The notes under the pieces: generated by a model
The model's database searches: none
The model's input: the letters and a program-made list of their open reading frames with translations, nothing else
What the model was told of the DNA's origin: nothing
Made by a program: the position numbers and the translations under genes
Assembly: GCA_045651525.1 (NCBI GenBank)
Contig: JAZRSO010000032.1
Coordinates: forward strand, 4,523 to 68,522
Length of the DNA: 64,000 nt
Origin: Candidatus Enterousia sp.
GTDB taxonomy: Bacteria; Pseudomonadota; Alphaproteobacteria; Rs-D84
Reading direction: 5' to 3'
Shown: positions 10,003 through 18,859 of the stretch, one piece after another
Layout: each line of letters opens with the position of its first letter
How positions within the stretch are numbered: position 1 is the stretch's first letter

Positions 10003-11107
10003 GTTGTGATGCCTGTTGTTTTAATAAATTTTGTTCCATTGCGCGTGCAATTTCTGATACGCGATTTTCAATGCCTGATGGATTGATGATTTTTCCGCCC
10101 AATGGGTGTTCTGTTGCAGTTTGTTGCATTATTTCAATCAATTCATCTTGCCAGTTTGGGCGTGTAAAGAATATTGTGTTGTCCTGTAATGCGCATGCAA
10201 ATATTCCAGCCAGATATGGATATGTAGAACTGGCACCACCAAGTCTGGTGTAATAATATCCGCCTTCGAAATATGGGGTTGTTTTTCCGTCTGTTGGAAT
10301 GCCGATTCTGTTTTTTAACCATGGGTTGGTTTCGTCAACACCAAAACGTTTGTCATAGCGACAAATTGAATTAAGTGTATGTTTATAAAAACCGCCTAAA
10401 ACCATAATGCCGTTTCTTTCACATTCTGCGAATAATTCATTTGACTCTTCTACAAATAGGTCATTAGAACGTCCCCAACTGCAAGATAAAAATCTGATTT
10501 TTTTATTTTCTGGCAACGTTTTATTTATTTCCAAAATGCGACGAATTGCCATGTTTTGGTATTTTCTGTGATATATTTCTTTTCTTTTTAATATCTCAAT
10601 CGCTTTTAAAAATGGATTTTTTATTACCCAATTGTTTGCAGCAAAATAATATATATCTGCATCTGGTGCGGTGCCTGTTGTTTTTCCGGCCGCACAACCG
10701 ACAACCAAACTGCCATGATAATCTGGGGTTGTTGTGTCGTTTTCTGGCCATGTGCCAACGGCTTCATAGTGTTTTATTCTGTCTGCGTATTCTGGGTGTT
10801 CGCGATACAGTCGTTGGTCAATAATTGCAATGCCAATATTTTTACCTGTTTTTCCAATGCTGTGTACAGATTTCATTTCTGTTGGCTGTTTTGCATTTTC
10901 CAACATTTGCTGTGGGTTTATTTTTTCAATGATATCGGTTGGCCAAATTACATTGTCGGTCCAGCTGACAATAATGCCGGTATCTTCAAAAGAAGTTGGT
11001 CCCGTCATAATTTCTGGTGAAATAGAAATGTCAGATAAATCACAATCGTGTATTTCTTGGAAAGAGGAACGTTTAGTATCAAATTCTTTTTGTGTAATTT
11101 TTTTCAT
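9995..11107 (-). CDS. Subtilase (S8)-like serine peptidase with no signal peptide
   Basis: Candidate triad contexts IAIIDQ (Asp), DYHGSLVVGCAAG (His), GGASSTYPYLAGIFA (Ser). Overlaps the mnmE start by 8 nt and begins 3 nt after ruvA. Confidence 0.5.
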   Translation of the reverse strand: MKKITQKEFDTKRSSFQEIHDCDLSDISISPEIMTGPTSFEDTGIIVSWTDNVIWPTDIIEKINPQQMLENAKQPTEMKSVHSIGKTGKNIGIAIIDQRLYREHPEYADRIKHYEAVGTWPENDTTTPDYHGSLVVGCAAGKTTGTAPDADIYYFAANNWVIKNPFLKAIEILKRKEIYHRKYQNMAIRRILEINKTLPENKKIRFLSCSWGRSNDLFVEESNELFAECERNGIMVLGGFYKHTLNSICRYDKRFGVDETNPWLKNRIGIPTDGKTTPYFEGGYYYTRLGGASSTYPYLAGIFACALQDNTIFFTRPNWQDELIEIMQQTATEHPLGGKIINPSGIENRVSEIARAMEQNLLKQQASQHE

Positions 11108-11110
11108 GTC

Positions 11111-11698
11111 TTATTTTCCCTTGCTGATTTCTTTTAATGCCATTGGGACCAGTTTTGATACGTCAGAATCTGGATTGTCGTTTACCAGTTTTTGTGCCAT
11201 TTCAATAATGTCCAGTCTGCGGTAACCCAATGATTCCAACGCCATCAATAAATCAGGCAGGGCAGAACCCGCCCCACTTGGCGTGGTTGTGGCAAATAAT
11301 GTCGCAGATACGCCGCCAACCTTGCCCTTTAATTCAACGATGATTTTTTCTGCCATCTTTTTGCCGACGCCTGGGGCGGTTGCGATTGTTTTTGCGTCGC
11401 CTGTTGCAATTGCAGATATCAGTGTGTCGGACTTTATCGTGCCCATTATTGCCAATGCAACCTTGGGACCAACGCCAGATACCCCCGTCAGCATATTAAA
11501 TAAATCCTGGGATTGAATGCTGGAAAAACCAAACAGGCGAATTGAATCTTCGCGGACAACTGTTTCAATCCACAGTTCCACAGTTGATTTGTGGGTCAGG
11601 TATTCAGGGGTAAAAACCTTGTATCCGACGCCATGAACCAATAAAATAATAAAACCATCGCCGATATAGTCAACAATGCCTTGCAATTTTCCAATCAT
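11111..11698 (-). CDS. ruvA: Holliday junction DNA helicase subunit RuvA
   Basis: MIGKLQG..GVGYKV OB domain and GVSGVGPKVALAI helix-hairpin-helix motifs. Confidence 0.9.
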   Translation of the reverse strand: MIGKLQGIVDYIGDGFIILLVHGVGYKVFTPEYLTHKSTVELWIETVVREDSIRLFGFSSIQSQDLFNMLTGVSGVGPKVALAIMGTIKSDTLISAIATGDAKTIATAPGVGKKMAEKIIVELKGKVGGVSATLFATTTPSGAGSALPDLLMALESLGYRRLDIIEMAQKLVNDNPDSDVSKLVPMALKEISKGK

Positions 11699-11749
11699 TT
11701 GTTATCCTTTTACAAGTAATTTTAATCTAAATAAATAAAAAGGTCAAAT

Positions 11750-12466
11750 ATGAGTGGACACAGTAAATGGCATAATATTCAACATAAAAAAGGCGCAGCC
11801 GATGCCGCACGCAGTGGTTTGTTTACAAAACTGGCACGTGAAATCACAATGGCTGCGAAATTGGGCGATAAAAACCCAGATAATAACCCAAGATTGCGCT
11901 TGGCAATTTTGACAGCACGCAAAAATTCAATGCCAAACGATAATATTAAACGCGCAATTGACAAGGCGTCAGGTTCAAATACAGAAAATTATGAATCTGT
12001 ACGTTACGAAGGTTATGGCCCAGGTGCTGTGCCTGTTATTGTAGAGGCGTTGACAGACAATCCACGTCGTACAGTGCCAGAAATTCGCAATATCTTTGGT
12101 AAAAATGGCGGTAATATGGGCGAAGAAGGTTCTGTTGTGTTCATGTTCACACGTGCAGGTCAAATTATGTATCCTGCATCAATCGGCAAAACCGAAGATG
12201 AAATGATGGAAATTATTATGGAGGCAAACGCAGACAATCTGGAAGCGTCCGAAGAGGGCTTTATCATCACAACCAAACCAGAAGATTTTGTAACCGCACA
12301 AAAATACCTGGCGGACGTCTTGGGTGAACCAGAACAAGCCGAACTGACCTGGTTGCCAAATATGCCAATGGACTTGGATGACGAAGCATATGCAAAACTG
12401 GAAAAGTTGGTTGATGCATTGGATGCGAACGACGATGTGCAGAAGGTGTTCACAGCCGCCGCCTAG
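11750..12466 (+). CDS. yebC: YebC/PmpR family DNA-binding transcriptional regulator
   Basis: N-terminal MSGHSKWHNIQHKKG signature. Confidence 0.9.
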   Translation: MSGHSKWHNIQHKKGAADAARSGLFTKLAREITMAAKLGDKNPDNNPRLRLAILTARKNSMPNDNIKRAIDKASGSNTENYESVRYEGYGPGAVPVIVEALTDNPRRTVPEIRNIFGKNGGNMGEEGSVVFMFTRAGQIMYPASIGKTEDEMMEIIMEANADNLEASEEGFIITTKPEDFVTAQKYLADVLGEPEQAELTWLPNMPMDLDDEAYAKLEKLVDALDANDDVQKVFTAAA

Positions 12467-12647
12467 TAAAAATAAATTATAATAATTCATCTGTGGGCGG
12501 TCCCGATGGCTCATGTAACTTCTGTACACTACGCCATCTGGACCGTTCCACATTTAAATCATTCTAATTTATTTTTACGCTAGTCACGGTCTATGATAGG
12601 TGCGTATCTAAACCATTATCTTTAATTTCTTCGCTAATTACGTGATG
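12467..12647 (+). repeat. Family P palindromic repeats: one full unit, one loop-less unit and a TCGCTAATTACG tail
   Basis: Loop TCATGTAACTTCTGTACACTAC at 12511-12532 with stems GGCGGTCCCGATGGC / GCCATCTGGACCGTTCC; second unit 12576-12628 lacks the loop. Confidence 0.85.
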
Positions 12648-12657
12648 TGGCATATTT

Positions 12658-13383
12658 GTGGTATTTGTTTTGAGATGGTATTTGGAAGATGTTGAAAGTG
12701 CAATTTGTCGGGCAAAAAAGAAAATTGCCCCTGTGGTTGATGGTGTGGTCAATGATTTAGATTTACCAAAAAATACAGATGTTTTTGCGGTGGGCGGATT
12801 TGTTCGTGATGCTGTTTTATGCGAACTGACAAATACACGCTTTGAACCAAAAGATATTGATTTAATATTATCAAAGAAGCCAGATTTGTCACAAAATCAA
12901 AATATTTTATGGAAACAGGAAAATTCTTTTGGTGGGATAAAGTTGTGGTTGAAAAATTTTCCAGAAGTTGACATTTTTGATAAAGAATTTGATTGGCCCG
13001 ATATAATTGTTGGGCAGTATTTTGATTTTAATGTAAATTCTTTGTTTTACCATAACAGGTCACAGCAAATTTTTGCTGCTGCGCCGTTTTATGCCTTTAC
13101 ATCAAATAAAATAATAGAATTGGAAAATTATCGGACGGCAAATAATAAATTTGAAACTTTGTATAAAGATTCTGCATTGGTTTCGCGTGCGTTAAAATTT
13201 CAAGTTTTGTTTCGTGAAAAATATGGTATAGATGCCAGACTGTCTTGGACAATTTTGCATGTGTTGTATGATATGAATAAACAGACAGAACAAAAAATGT
13301 TTGAATACACACAGCAAAAAGTAAAAGATGAAAATCTTAGAAATAAAATTATAGAAAATTATTATCGTATAAAATCTCACTAG
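12658..13383 (+). CDS. Minimal CCA-adding/poly(A) polymerase-family nucleotidyltransferase head domain (241 aa)
   Basis: VGGFVRDAVL...KDIDLIL (GGxVRD + DxD) and DFNVNSLFY (resembles the RDFTINAL motif). No in-frame ATG near the 5' end; GTG/TTG start inferred. Confidence 0.5.
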   Translation: MVFVLRWYLEDVESAICRAKKKIAPVVDGVVNDLDLPKNTDVFAVGGFVRDAVLCELTNTRFEPKDIDLILSKKPDLSQNQNILWKQENSFGGIKLWLKNFPEVDIFDKEFDWPDIIVGQYFDFNVNSLFYHNRSQQIFAAAPFYAFTSNKIIELENYRTANNKFETLYKDSALVSRALKFQVLFREKYGIDARLSWTILHVLYDMNKQTEQKMFEYTQQKVKDENLRNKIIENYYRIKSH

Positions 13384-13455
13384 AATGCGTGTGTTTTCCT
13401 GTTTGTTTTGATTCCTTTTTGTGATATAATTCAACACAGTTATGTGGAGAGGTTT

Positions 13456-14475
13456 ATGTTAAAGTTTTTATTATCATTTGTTTTTGTGTTTATAGCGATG
13501 AATTCGGTGTCTGCGGATGAAGTTTCTTTTACTGATGCGTTGCGTGCTGTTCGTAGTAATTGTAGTGGAATTTCTGAAAAATTATCAGAAGTAAAAAAAA
13601 TGGCTGGAATAACCACGGCTGTTTCCGCTGTTGGAACTGCTGTGGGGGTTGGTGCTGTTGCAACGGGTGCGACAAAGAGCAGAGTAGATAATGTTTCTGA
13701 TAATTTTGATCAGCAAATTCAGGTTTTGCAAAGGCTGGAATCAAATCCAACATCAGAAGATGTTTTGGAATTGGGAAAATTACAAAATGATCTGGCTGAT
13801 ATAACCCATAATAAAGAGTTAAAAGAAAAAGCGACGAATACTAATTGGGAAGATGTGGCGCCAGAAAAAATGTCTGAATCTGTCAAAAGTAAAGGTTTTA
13901 CTAAATCTGTGCAAGGTTTGAACGAACAAGCAGATGACATGTCTAAAAAAATTGGCGATGCTGAAACAGGGTTGATGGCGGCTGCGACCGCAACAAATAT
14001 CGCTAGTGCTGTTATGTCAGGGGTAAATAAAATAGACGCGGATTTTGCAACGCATATTGGCGCATGTGTTGGATCTGTGCAATTACTGGCTGGATTGAAA
14101 ATTCAGGCAAAAATGGATGGCAGTGTGTCAGATGAAGAAATTGCTGTTGCTGATAAAATTATTAATGCTTGCGATAACTTTAATGTTTCGGATATAGAAA
14201 AAATTAATAGTCGTGCAACTGGTGCGACTGTGGCAAGTTCTGTTGGTGCAACAACTGGATTGGCTGGTGCTATAACAGCTGGGGTTGCAAATTCAGATTC
14301 TGTAAATAATGGCGATACTAAAGACAAAGAAAGAAAATTAAATACAGCGTCTAATGTTTTATCAGGTGTTACAACGGCGGCTTCTTTGACTGCAACAGTA
14401 TTTAACGCAACGCAAATAGCTGCGGCAAAACGTGTTATTGAAACGGCTGAATTGTGCGAAGAATCTATAAAATAA
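13456..14475 (+). CDS. Secreted hypothetical protein with four Gly/Ala/Thr-rich segments
   Basis: Signal peptide MLKFLLSFVFVFIAMNSVSA|DE; GGAGAGG SD before ATG 13456; segments such as TTAVSAVGTAVGVGAVATGATK. Confidence 0.6.
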   Translation: MLKFLLSFVFVFIAMNSVSADEVSFTDALRAVRSNCSGISEKLSEVKKMAGITTAVSAVGTAVGVGAVATGATKSRVDNVSDNFDQQIQVLQRLESNPTSEDVLELGKLQNDLADITHNKELKEKATNTNWEDVAPEKMSESVKSKGFTKSVQGLNEQADDMSKKIGDAETGLMAAATATNIASAVMSGVNKIDADFATHIGACVGSVQLLAGLKIQAKMDGSVSDEEIAVADKIINACDNFNVSDIEKINSRATGATVASSVGATTGLAGAITAGVANSDSVNNGDTKDKERKLNTASNVLSGVTTAASLTATVFNATQIAAAKRVIETAELCEESIK

Positions 14476-14494
14476 TAAAATTTAAAGTTTTTTA

Positions 14495-14974
14495 TTAAAA
14501 CACACGCATCGTATTTGTATGGGACAGGGCGATTGCAATTGCATCTGCTTCGTCGGCTGTTTTTGGATGCGCGGTGGGCAGTAATATTTGCACCATTTTA
14601 TCAACAGCGCTTTTGTCTGCGTGACCTGCACCGGTCAGGGCTTTTTTTATTACATTTGGTTCGTATTCAAATATCGGAATATTTTGGTTTGCAACTGCAA
14701 CAATTGCAGCGGCGCGTGCCTGACCCAGAAGCAAAGTTGTCTTTGGGTTTTTGTTTACAAATATTATTTCAATACTGCATTCGTCGGGCGAAAATGTTTC
14801 ACACAGTTTTGTTACTTCGCGAAAAATTGTGACAAGTCTGTCAGCCATTTCCATCTTTGGATTTGGTAAAATTACACCGCTGGCAATATATTTGCGCGAA
14901 GAACCAGCGGTGTCAATAACCGCCCAACCTGTATGTAATAATCCTGGGTCAATGCCCAATATGCGCTTTGTCAT
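14495..14974 (-). CDS. ruvC: Crossover junction endodeoxyribonuclease RuvC
   Basis: ILGIDPGLLHTGWAVI N-terminal catalytic Asp context; C-terminal DEADAIAIAL. Confidence 0.9.
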   Translation of the reverse strand: MTKRILGIDPGLLHTGWAVIDTAGSSRKYIASGVILPNPKMEMADRLVTIFREVTKLCETFSPDECSIEIIFVNKNPKTTLLLGQARAAAIVAVANQNIPIFEYEPNVIKKALTGAGHADKSAVDKMVQILLPTAHPKTADEADAIAIALSHTNTMRVF

Positions 14975-15384
14975 TTCTTGGTTGCTTTGCGTTTTTGTGT
15001 TTTGATTTCTGTGGCAGATAATATATTGCGGTTGCCAAACAATAAACGATATGTTGTAATTTTGTATTTGTGTCCTGTATGTATTTGTTTATTTAATTTT
15101 TTTGCGTGCCATTGGATAAAAAGGTCGTTGTCGTTTGTAAATGTTTGTTTATTTGTTGTTATTACAATATTGTTTTTTGAATTTTTAAGGGGTGATGTTT
15201 TATGTAAAATTGTCACTATTTCTGTTTTTCTTGTAAATAAAAAATACAAAAAATCCAATGTAAAAAGCGTACCTAAAAAAACGATAGCGTCTAAAAAATT
15301 AGACAGGTGTAAAACGTCCTTTGATATAATAGATGTTGTTATAACTAATGTGGCCAGTAGTAAAAAATCTGTGATTTTTTGCAT
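14971..15384 (-). CDS. Hypothetical membrane protein (137 aa, two N-terminal TM helices)
   Basis: ATGA stop/start overlap with ruvC; hydrophobic segments LLLATLVITTSII and AIVFLGTLFTLDFLYFLF. Confidence 0.5.
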   Translation of the reverse strand: MQKITDFLLLATLVITTSIISKDVLHLSNFLDAIVFLGTLFTLDFLYFLFTRKTEIVTILHKTSPLKNSKNNIVITTNKQTFTNDNDLFIQWHAKKLNKQIHTGHKYKITTYRLLFGNRNILSATEIKTQKRKATKK

Positions 15385-15395
15385 TTTTTTTCTCC

Positions 15396-15725
15396 TTATT
15401 TTCTAAAACTTATTTTTCCAACTGCGTTATAACCAAAGTATTTATTTATGCGTTTTATAATTTCATCTGATTGATATGATAATTGCAGTGTATATGCCGG
15501 ATTTGTTGGACGAATTACAATGTTAAATGTGTTGTCGCGGTTCTTTTTTATTGCGGCAAGTTTTGCAATATTTGCAATATCGTCACCCATTATTTCATTC
15601 CAACGGTTCAGCAAATCAGAATCAGATGCACGAACACCAAAAATTTTTATCAGTCCACCCAACGCACCCGCAATTGTTTGCGGGCGTGCGATACGTGTGT
15701 TTAACTGTTTATCGTGGTTTGACAT
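15396..15725 (-). CDS. DUF721 domain protein (DciA-like)
   Basis: 109 aa. The pattern ..LLNRWNEIMGDDIA......FNIVIRPTNPAYTLQLSYQSDEIIKRIN fits the DUF721 family as I remember it. Confidence 0.6.
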   Translation of the reverse strand: MSNHDKQLNTRIARPQTIAGALGGLIKIFGVRASDSDLLNRWNEIMGDDIANIAKLAAIKKNRDNTFNIVIRPTNPAYTLQLSYQSDEIIKRINKYFGYNAVGKISFRK

Positions 15726-16809
15726 AACTGTATTCTTTTGGCATCAAGATAAACATTTTTCCCTTGGCGTGTTGTCCCTGGGCCAGTTTGTATGCATCGT
15801 CACCCTTGCCAAAGAAGATGTCTGCGCGAATAAATCCGCGGATTGCACTGCCTGTGTCTTGGGCGACCATCAATCGACGAAATGCGCGACCATCAGACAG
15901 GTTTGTACTGATATACACCGGCAACCCCAGTGTGTACAAACTGTCGTCCATGGCAATACTGCGGATTTTAGACAGTGGTGTTCCCAATTTTCCAACAACA
16001 TCTGGTGGGGTTGATTCATAGAAATATACATATCGTGGATTTTTGTAAATTACATCTTTGGCAAGTATCGGGTTCGCCTTCAGGTGTTGCCATACAGCCT
16101 CGGCCGAGAAGCCCCCAGCAGGGCGAATTCCACGATTACGCAGTTCTTCGCCGATTGATTTAAATGGCATATCGTTTACTGCACCGAAGTTTAATTTTAC
16201 ATCTGTGCCGTCCTCTAGTCTTAGATTACCACTGCCTTGGATTTGCAGGTTTTGTACGTCAACAATGTTTGCCCAGTACAATACGCGTCCGATTTTCTTT
16301 TCAACAATATCTTTCTTTGATACGCCCTTGTAGTTGCGGCCGTCATTAGGTACCGCCATTAATGGTTCGTTACATTGTGCGGTCTGTTTGCGACACGCAG
16401 GAATTATTGGGGAATAGTATCCTGTATATGTTCCTGTATCTGTGCCGTTTTCATTGAATATCTGATATGGTTGAAAGTGTGATTCAAACCATGCGCGTAC
16501 AGTTGCAATATCGGCAGATGCACTGGGTAACATGCGGCATTTTTCTGCAAATAATTCGCGGTCTGGGATTACGCGGCCAACAAATTGAATCTTGGCCTTG
16601 CAAGAATTACGGAATGCCTGCAGGGCATATCTGACGTCATCATCGCGCCACCCGGGCAGTTCGCTGTACGATACGCGTTTCAGGTTTGATGGAATTATTG
16701 CATGGTCGCCAGATACAGTTGGTGCAGACAGGTCGCACCCAGCCAAAATTAAACCACAAAAAGCAGCAATTAAACCACGCGTTATAAATGATTTGTTAAA
16801 AAAAGACAT
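15709..16809 (-). CDS. mltA: Membrane-bound lytic murein transglycosylase A (lipoprotein)
   Basis: Lipobox LILAGCD; MltA/3D-domain motif AQDTGSAIRG. ATG 16809 preferred over the 16896 ORF start. Confidence 0.85.
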   Translation of the reverse strand: MSFFNKSFITRGLIAAFCGLILAGCDLSAPTVSGDHAIIPSNLKRVSYSELPGWRDDDVRYALQAFRNSCKAKIQFVGRVIPDRELFAEKCRMLPSASADIATVRAWFESHFQPYQIFNENGTDTGTYTGYYSPIIPACRKQTAQCNEPLMAVPNDGRNYKGVSKKDIVEKKIGRVLYWANIVDVQNLQIQGSGNLRLEDGTDVKLNFGAVNDMPFKSIGEELRNRGIRPAGGFSAEAVWQHLKANPILAKDVIYKNPRYVYFYESTPPDVVGKLGTPLSKIRSIAMDDSLYTLGLPVYISTNLSDGRAFRRLMVAQDTGSAIRGFIRADIFFGKGDDAYKLAQGQHAKGKMFILMPKEYSYVKPR

Positions 16810-16919
16810 TTTTATAATCCCCCCACTTGTAAAATCTTTTAATAATGCTATATTATCATAAAACAGGGACGCAAGTCCAGACATTAAGGTCGCCACAATT
16901 ACACCAAGGAGAAATTATA

Positions 16920-17345
16920 ATGGCAAAATTTAATATTATATCCCAATTCTTGAAAGACATTTCTTTTGAAAGCCCAAATGTTCCAGAATTGTTCTTTAAA
17001 AACGACAACAGTCCTGCAAAGATGGAAATCAATATTGATTTACAGGTCAAGGGTGCAGAAAACAACTTGTTCATGGTTGACTTGATTGTAAAAGCACATT
17101 CAAAATTGGAAAATGGCGACAAAACAATCTTTTTGATTGAATCAACATATTCTGGCCTGGTTCAAATGGAAGAAGAAAAAGACGAAGAAGCAAAAAAACG
17201 TACATTGTTGATTGATGTTCCAACATTGTTATTCCCAGCTGTTCGTGGCTTGATTACACGTTTGACATCAGAATCAGGATTCCCAACATTCGCGATGCAG
17301 CCTGTGGACTTTGCTGCGTTGTATGCCCAAAAACAGGCAAAATAA
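16920..17345 (+). CDS. secB: Protein-export chaperone SecB
   Basis: FNIISQFLKDISFESPN start region typical of SecB; AAGGAGAAA SD before ATG 16920. Confidence 0.85.
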   Translation: MAKFNIISQFLKDISFESPNVPELFFKNDNSPAKMEINIDLQVKGAENNLFMVDLIVKAHSKLENGDKTIFLIESTYSGLVQMEEEKDEEAKKRTLLIDVPTLLFPAVRGLITRLTSESGFPTFAMQPVDFAALYAQKQAK

Positions 17346-17552
17346 ATTATAATAATTCATCTACGAACGAACCCGAAACCTCATGTAGCATCTGTTCACT
17401 ACGGTTTCGGGTTCGTGCGTATCTAAATCATTCTAATTTATTTTATATATTTGCTGATAATAATTCATCTGTGGACGGTCCCGATGGTTCATGTAGCGTC
17501 TGTACACTACACCATCAGGACCGTTTCACATCTAAATCATTCTAATTTATTT
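17343..17552 (+). repeat. Two tandem family P palindromic repeat units beginning at the secB stop codon
   Basis: Loops TCATGTAGCATCTGTTCACTAC (17381-17402) and TCATGTAGCGTCTGTACACTAC (17489-17510), each with its own complementary GC-rich stems. Confidence 0.9.
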
Positions 17553-17557
17553 TTACG

Positions 17558-17589
17558 CTAATCATGAATTTGTGATTAGTGTTTTTTTA
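17558..17589 (+). terminator. Rho-independent terminator built from the TACGCTAATCA repeat tail
   Basis: CTAATCA-TGAATTTG-TGATTAG hairpin followed by TGTTTTTTT. Confidence 0.6.
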
Positions 17590-17607
17590 TGATATAATAT
17601 TCAAACT

Positions 17608-18795
17608 ATGGGAAGAGAGAAATATATTTCAGTTGGAAACAAAGTAAACGGTTTTTCGTTTGCAAATCTGGGGTTGTTTACCGGATTTGCAGATGGTATT
17701 TATAATGCTGTTTATTCGCTGGTGATTCTGGAAATATTTCGCAGCAGCGCAATTGTCGGTGTTTATGTCGCAATTTATTCTGTTTTCTGTTTAATTGTTG
17801 GGCTGTTTGCAAATGAAATATTTCGTGCTTTTTCCAAGGTGCGTGTCTTTTACTTTGCAATGCTTATGGTGGCGATTTGTTATGCGATGATGAGTTTTTC
17901 AATCCTGCCACGGACATTTGTTATTTTGGACTATACCACTGGTTTTGCGACGACATTGATTACTGTATTAATACCATTGTTTATGTCTGACTTTTCCAAG
18001 AATATTGGAATGGCGCGTTTAAATTCACGATATCATTTGTGGTTAAATATCGGTGCGTTGTTTGCACCGTTTGTTGCGGTCGCAATCGCAAATCATTTTG
18101 ATAACAGGGCGGCTTTCTTTGGGTCAGCGGTAATTTATCTGTTGGGTTGGACAATGTTCAAGCTGTTTAAAATTGTTCAAGAAAATAAACAGATTAAACC
18201 CGTCAGCCCGCGCAAGACATATCGTGCGCTGGTCAGAAATGCGGTTGCGTTCTTTAAAATGCCGGGGATGTTACGTGCGTATTTGGTAAACTTTGGGTAC
18301 TATTCTTTGCGTGCGTTGCGTGTTTTGTACGTGCCAATCTTGGTTATTGAAAACGGGTTTACAAAAGATACATTGGCGTGGGTTTTAACATTGGGAATCG
18401 TTCCTTATTTAATTTTAAGCGAAATTATGGGGCGTGCTGTGCGCAGATTTGGTAAAACAATTTGGCTGATGATGGGGTTTGGGTCTTTTGCGGTGTTGTC
18501 GGCAATTGCGGCCTTTGCAACGGGTATGCCGTTGTTGGCGATATTCGTATTGTGGCAGATTTCAGGTGCACTGATGGAGCCTGTACACGATTTGTTATTC
18601 TTTGACGATGTGCCAAAGTCACAGCAATCACGATTCTATGGTGTGTTCAGAACCAGTGCTAATTTGCCCAGTGTTATTATTCCAATGATTGGCGCTGGGG
18701 TGATTGTGTTGTTTGGCGCAACAGCGGCGGTTTGGACTGTTTCTGCGTTTGTTGGCGCTTTTGTTATGTTGATTTTAGTGCCAAATAAAAAATAA
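17608..18795 (+). CDS. MFS transporter
   Basis: 395 aa with about 12 hydrophobic segments in two halves separated by a basic loop. Confidence 0.7.
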   Translation: MGREKYISVGNKVNGFSFANLGLFTGFADGIYNAVYSLVILEIFRSSAIVGVYVAIYSVFCLIVGLFANEIFRAFSKVRVFYFAMLMVAICYAMMSFSILPRTFVILDYTTGFATTLITVLIPLFMSDFSKNIGMARLNSRYHLWLNIGALFAPFVAVAIANHFDNRAAFFGSAVIYLLGWTMFKLFKIVQENKQIKPVSPRKTYRALVRNAVAFFKMPGMLRAYLVNFGYYSLRALRVLYVPILVIENGFTKDTLAWVLTLGIVPYLILSEIMGRAVRRFGKTIWLMMGFGSFAVLSAIAAFATGMPLLAIFVLWQISGALMEPVHDLLFFDDVPKSQQSRFYGVFRTSANLPSVIIPMIGAGVIVLFGATAAVWTVSAFVGAFVMLILVPNKK

Positions 18796-18859
18796 CTATT
18801 TTGATTGCTTTTTGCCAATGTTCCTTGTATGATTTTGTTAAGAAAAAAAGGGGAAAAAT

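Noticed and set aside
18820-18834. Possible alphaproteobacterial LexA (SOS) box upstream of recA
   Set aside because: GTTC-CTTGTAT-GATT has one perfect GTTC half-site and correct 7-nt spacing. The second half-site (GATT) departs from GTTC/GATC, which is too weak to call without a genome-wide motif model.
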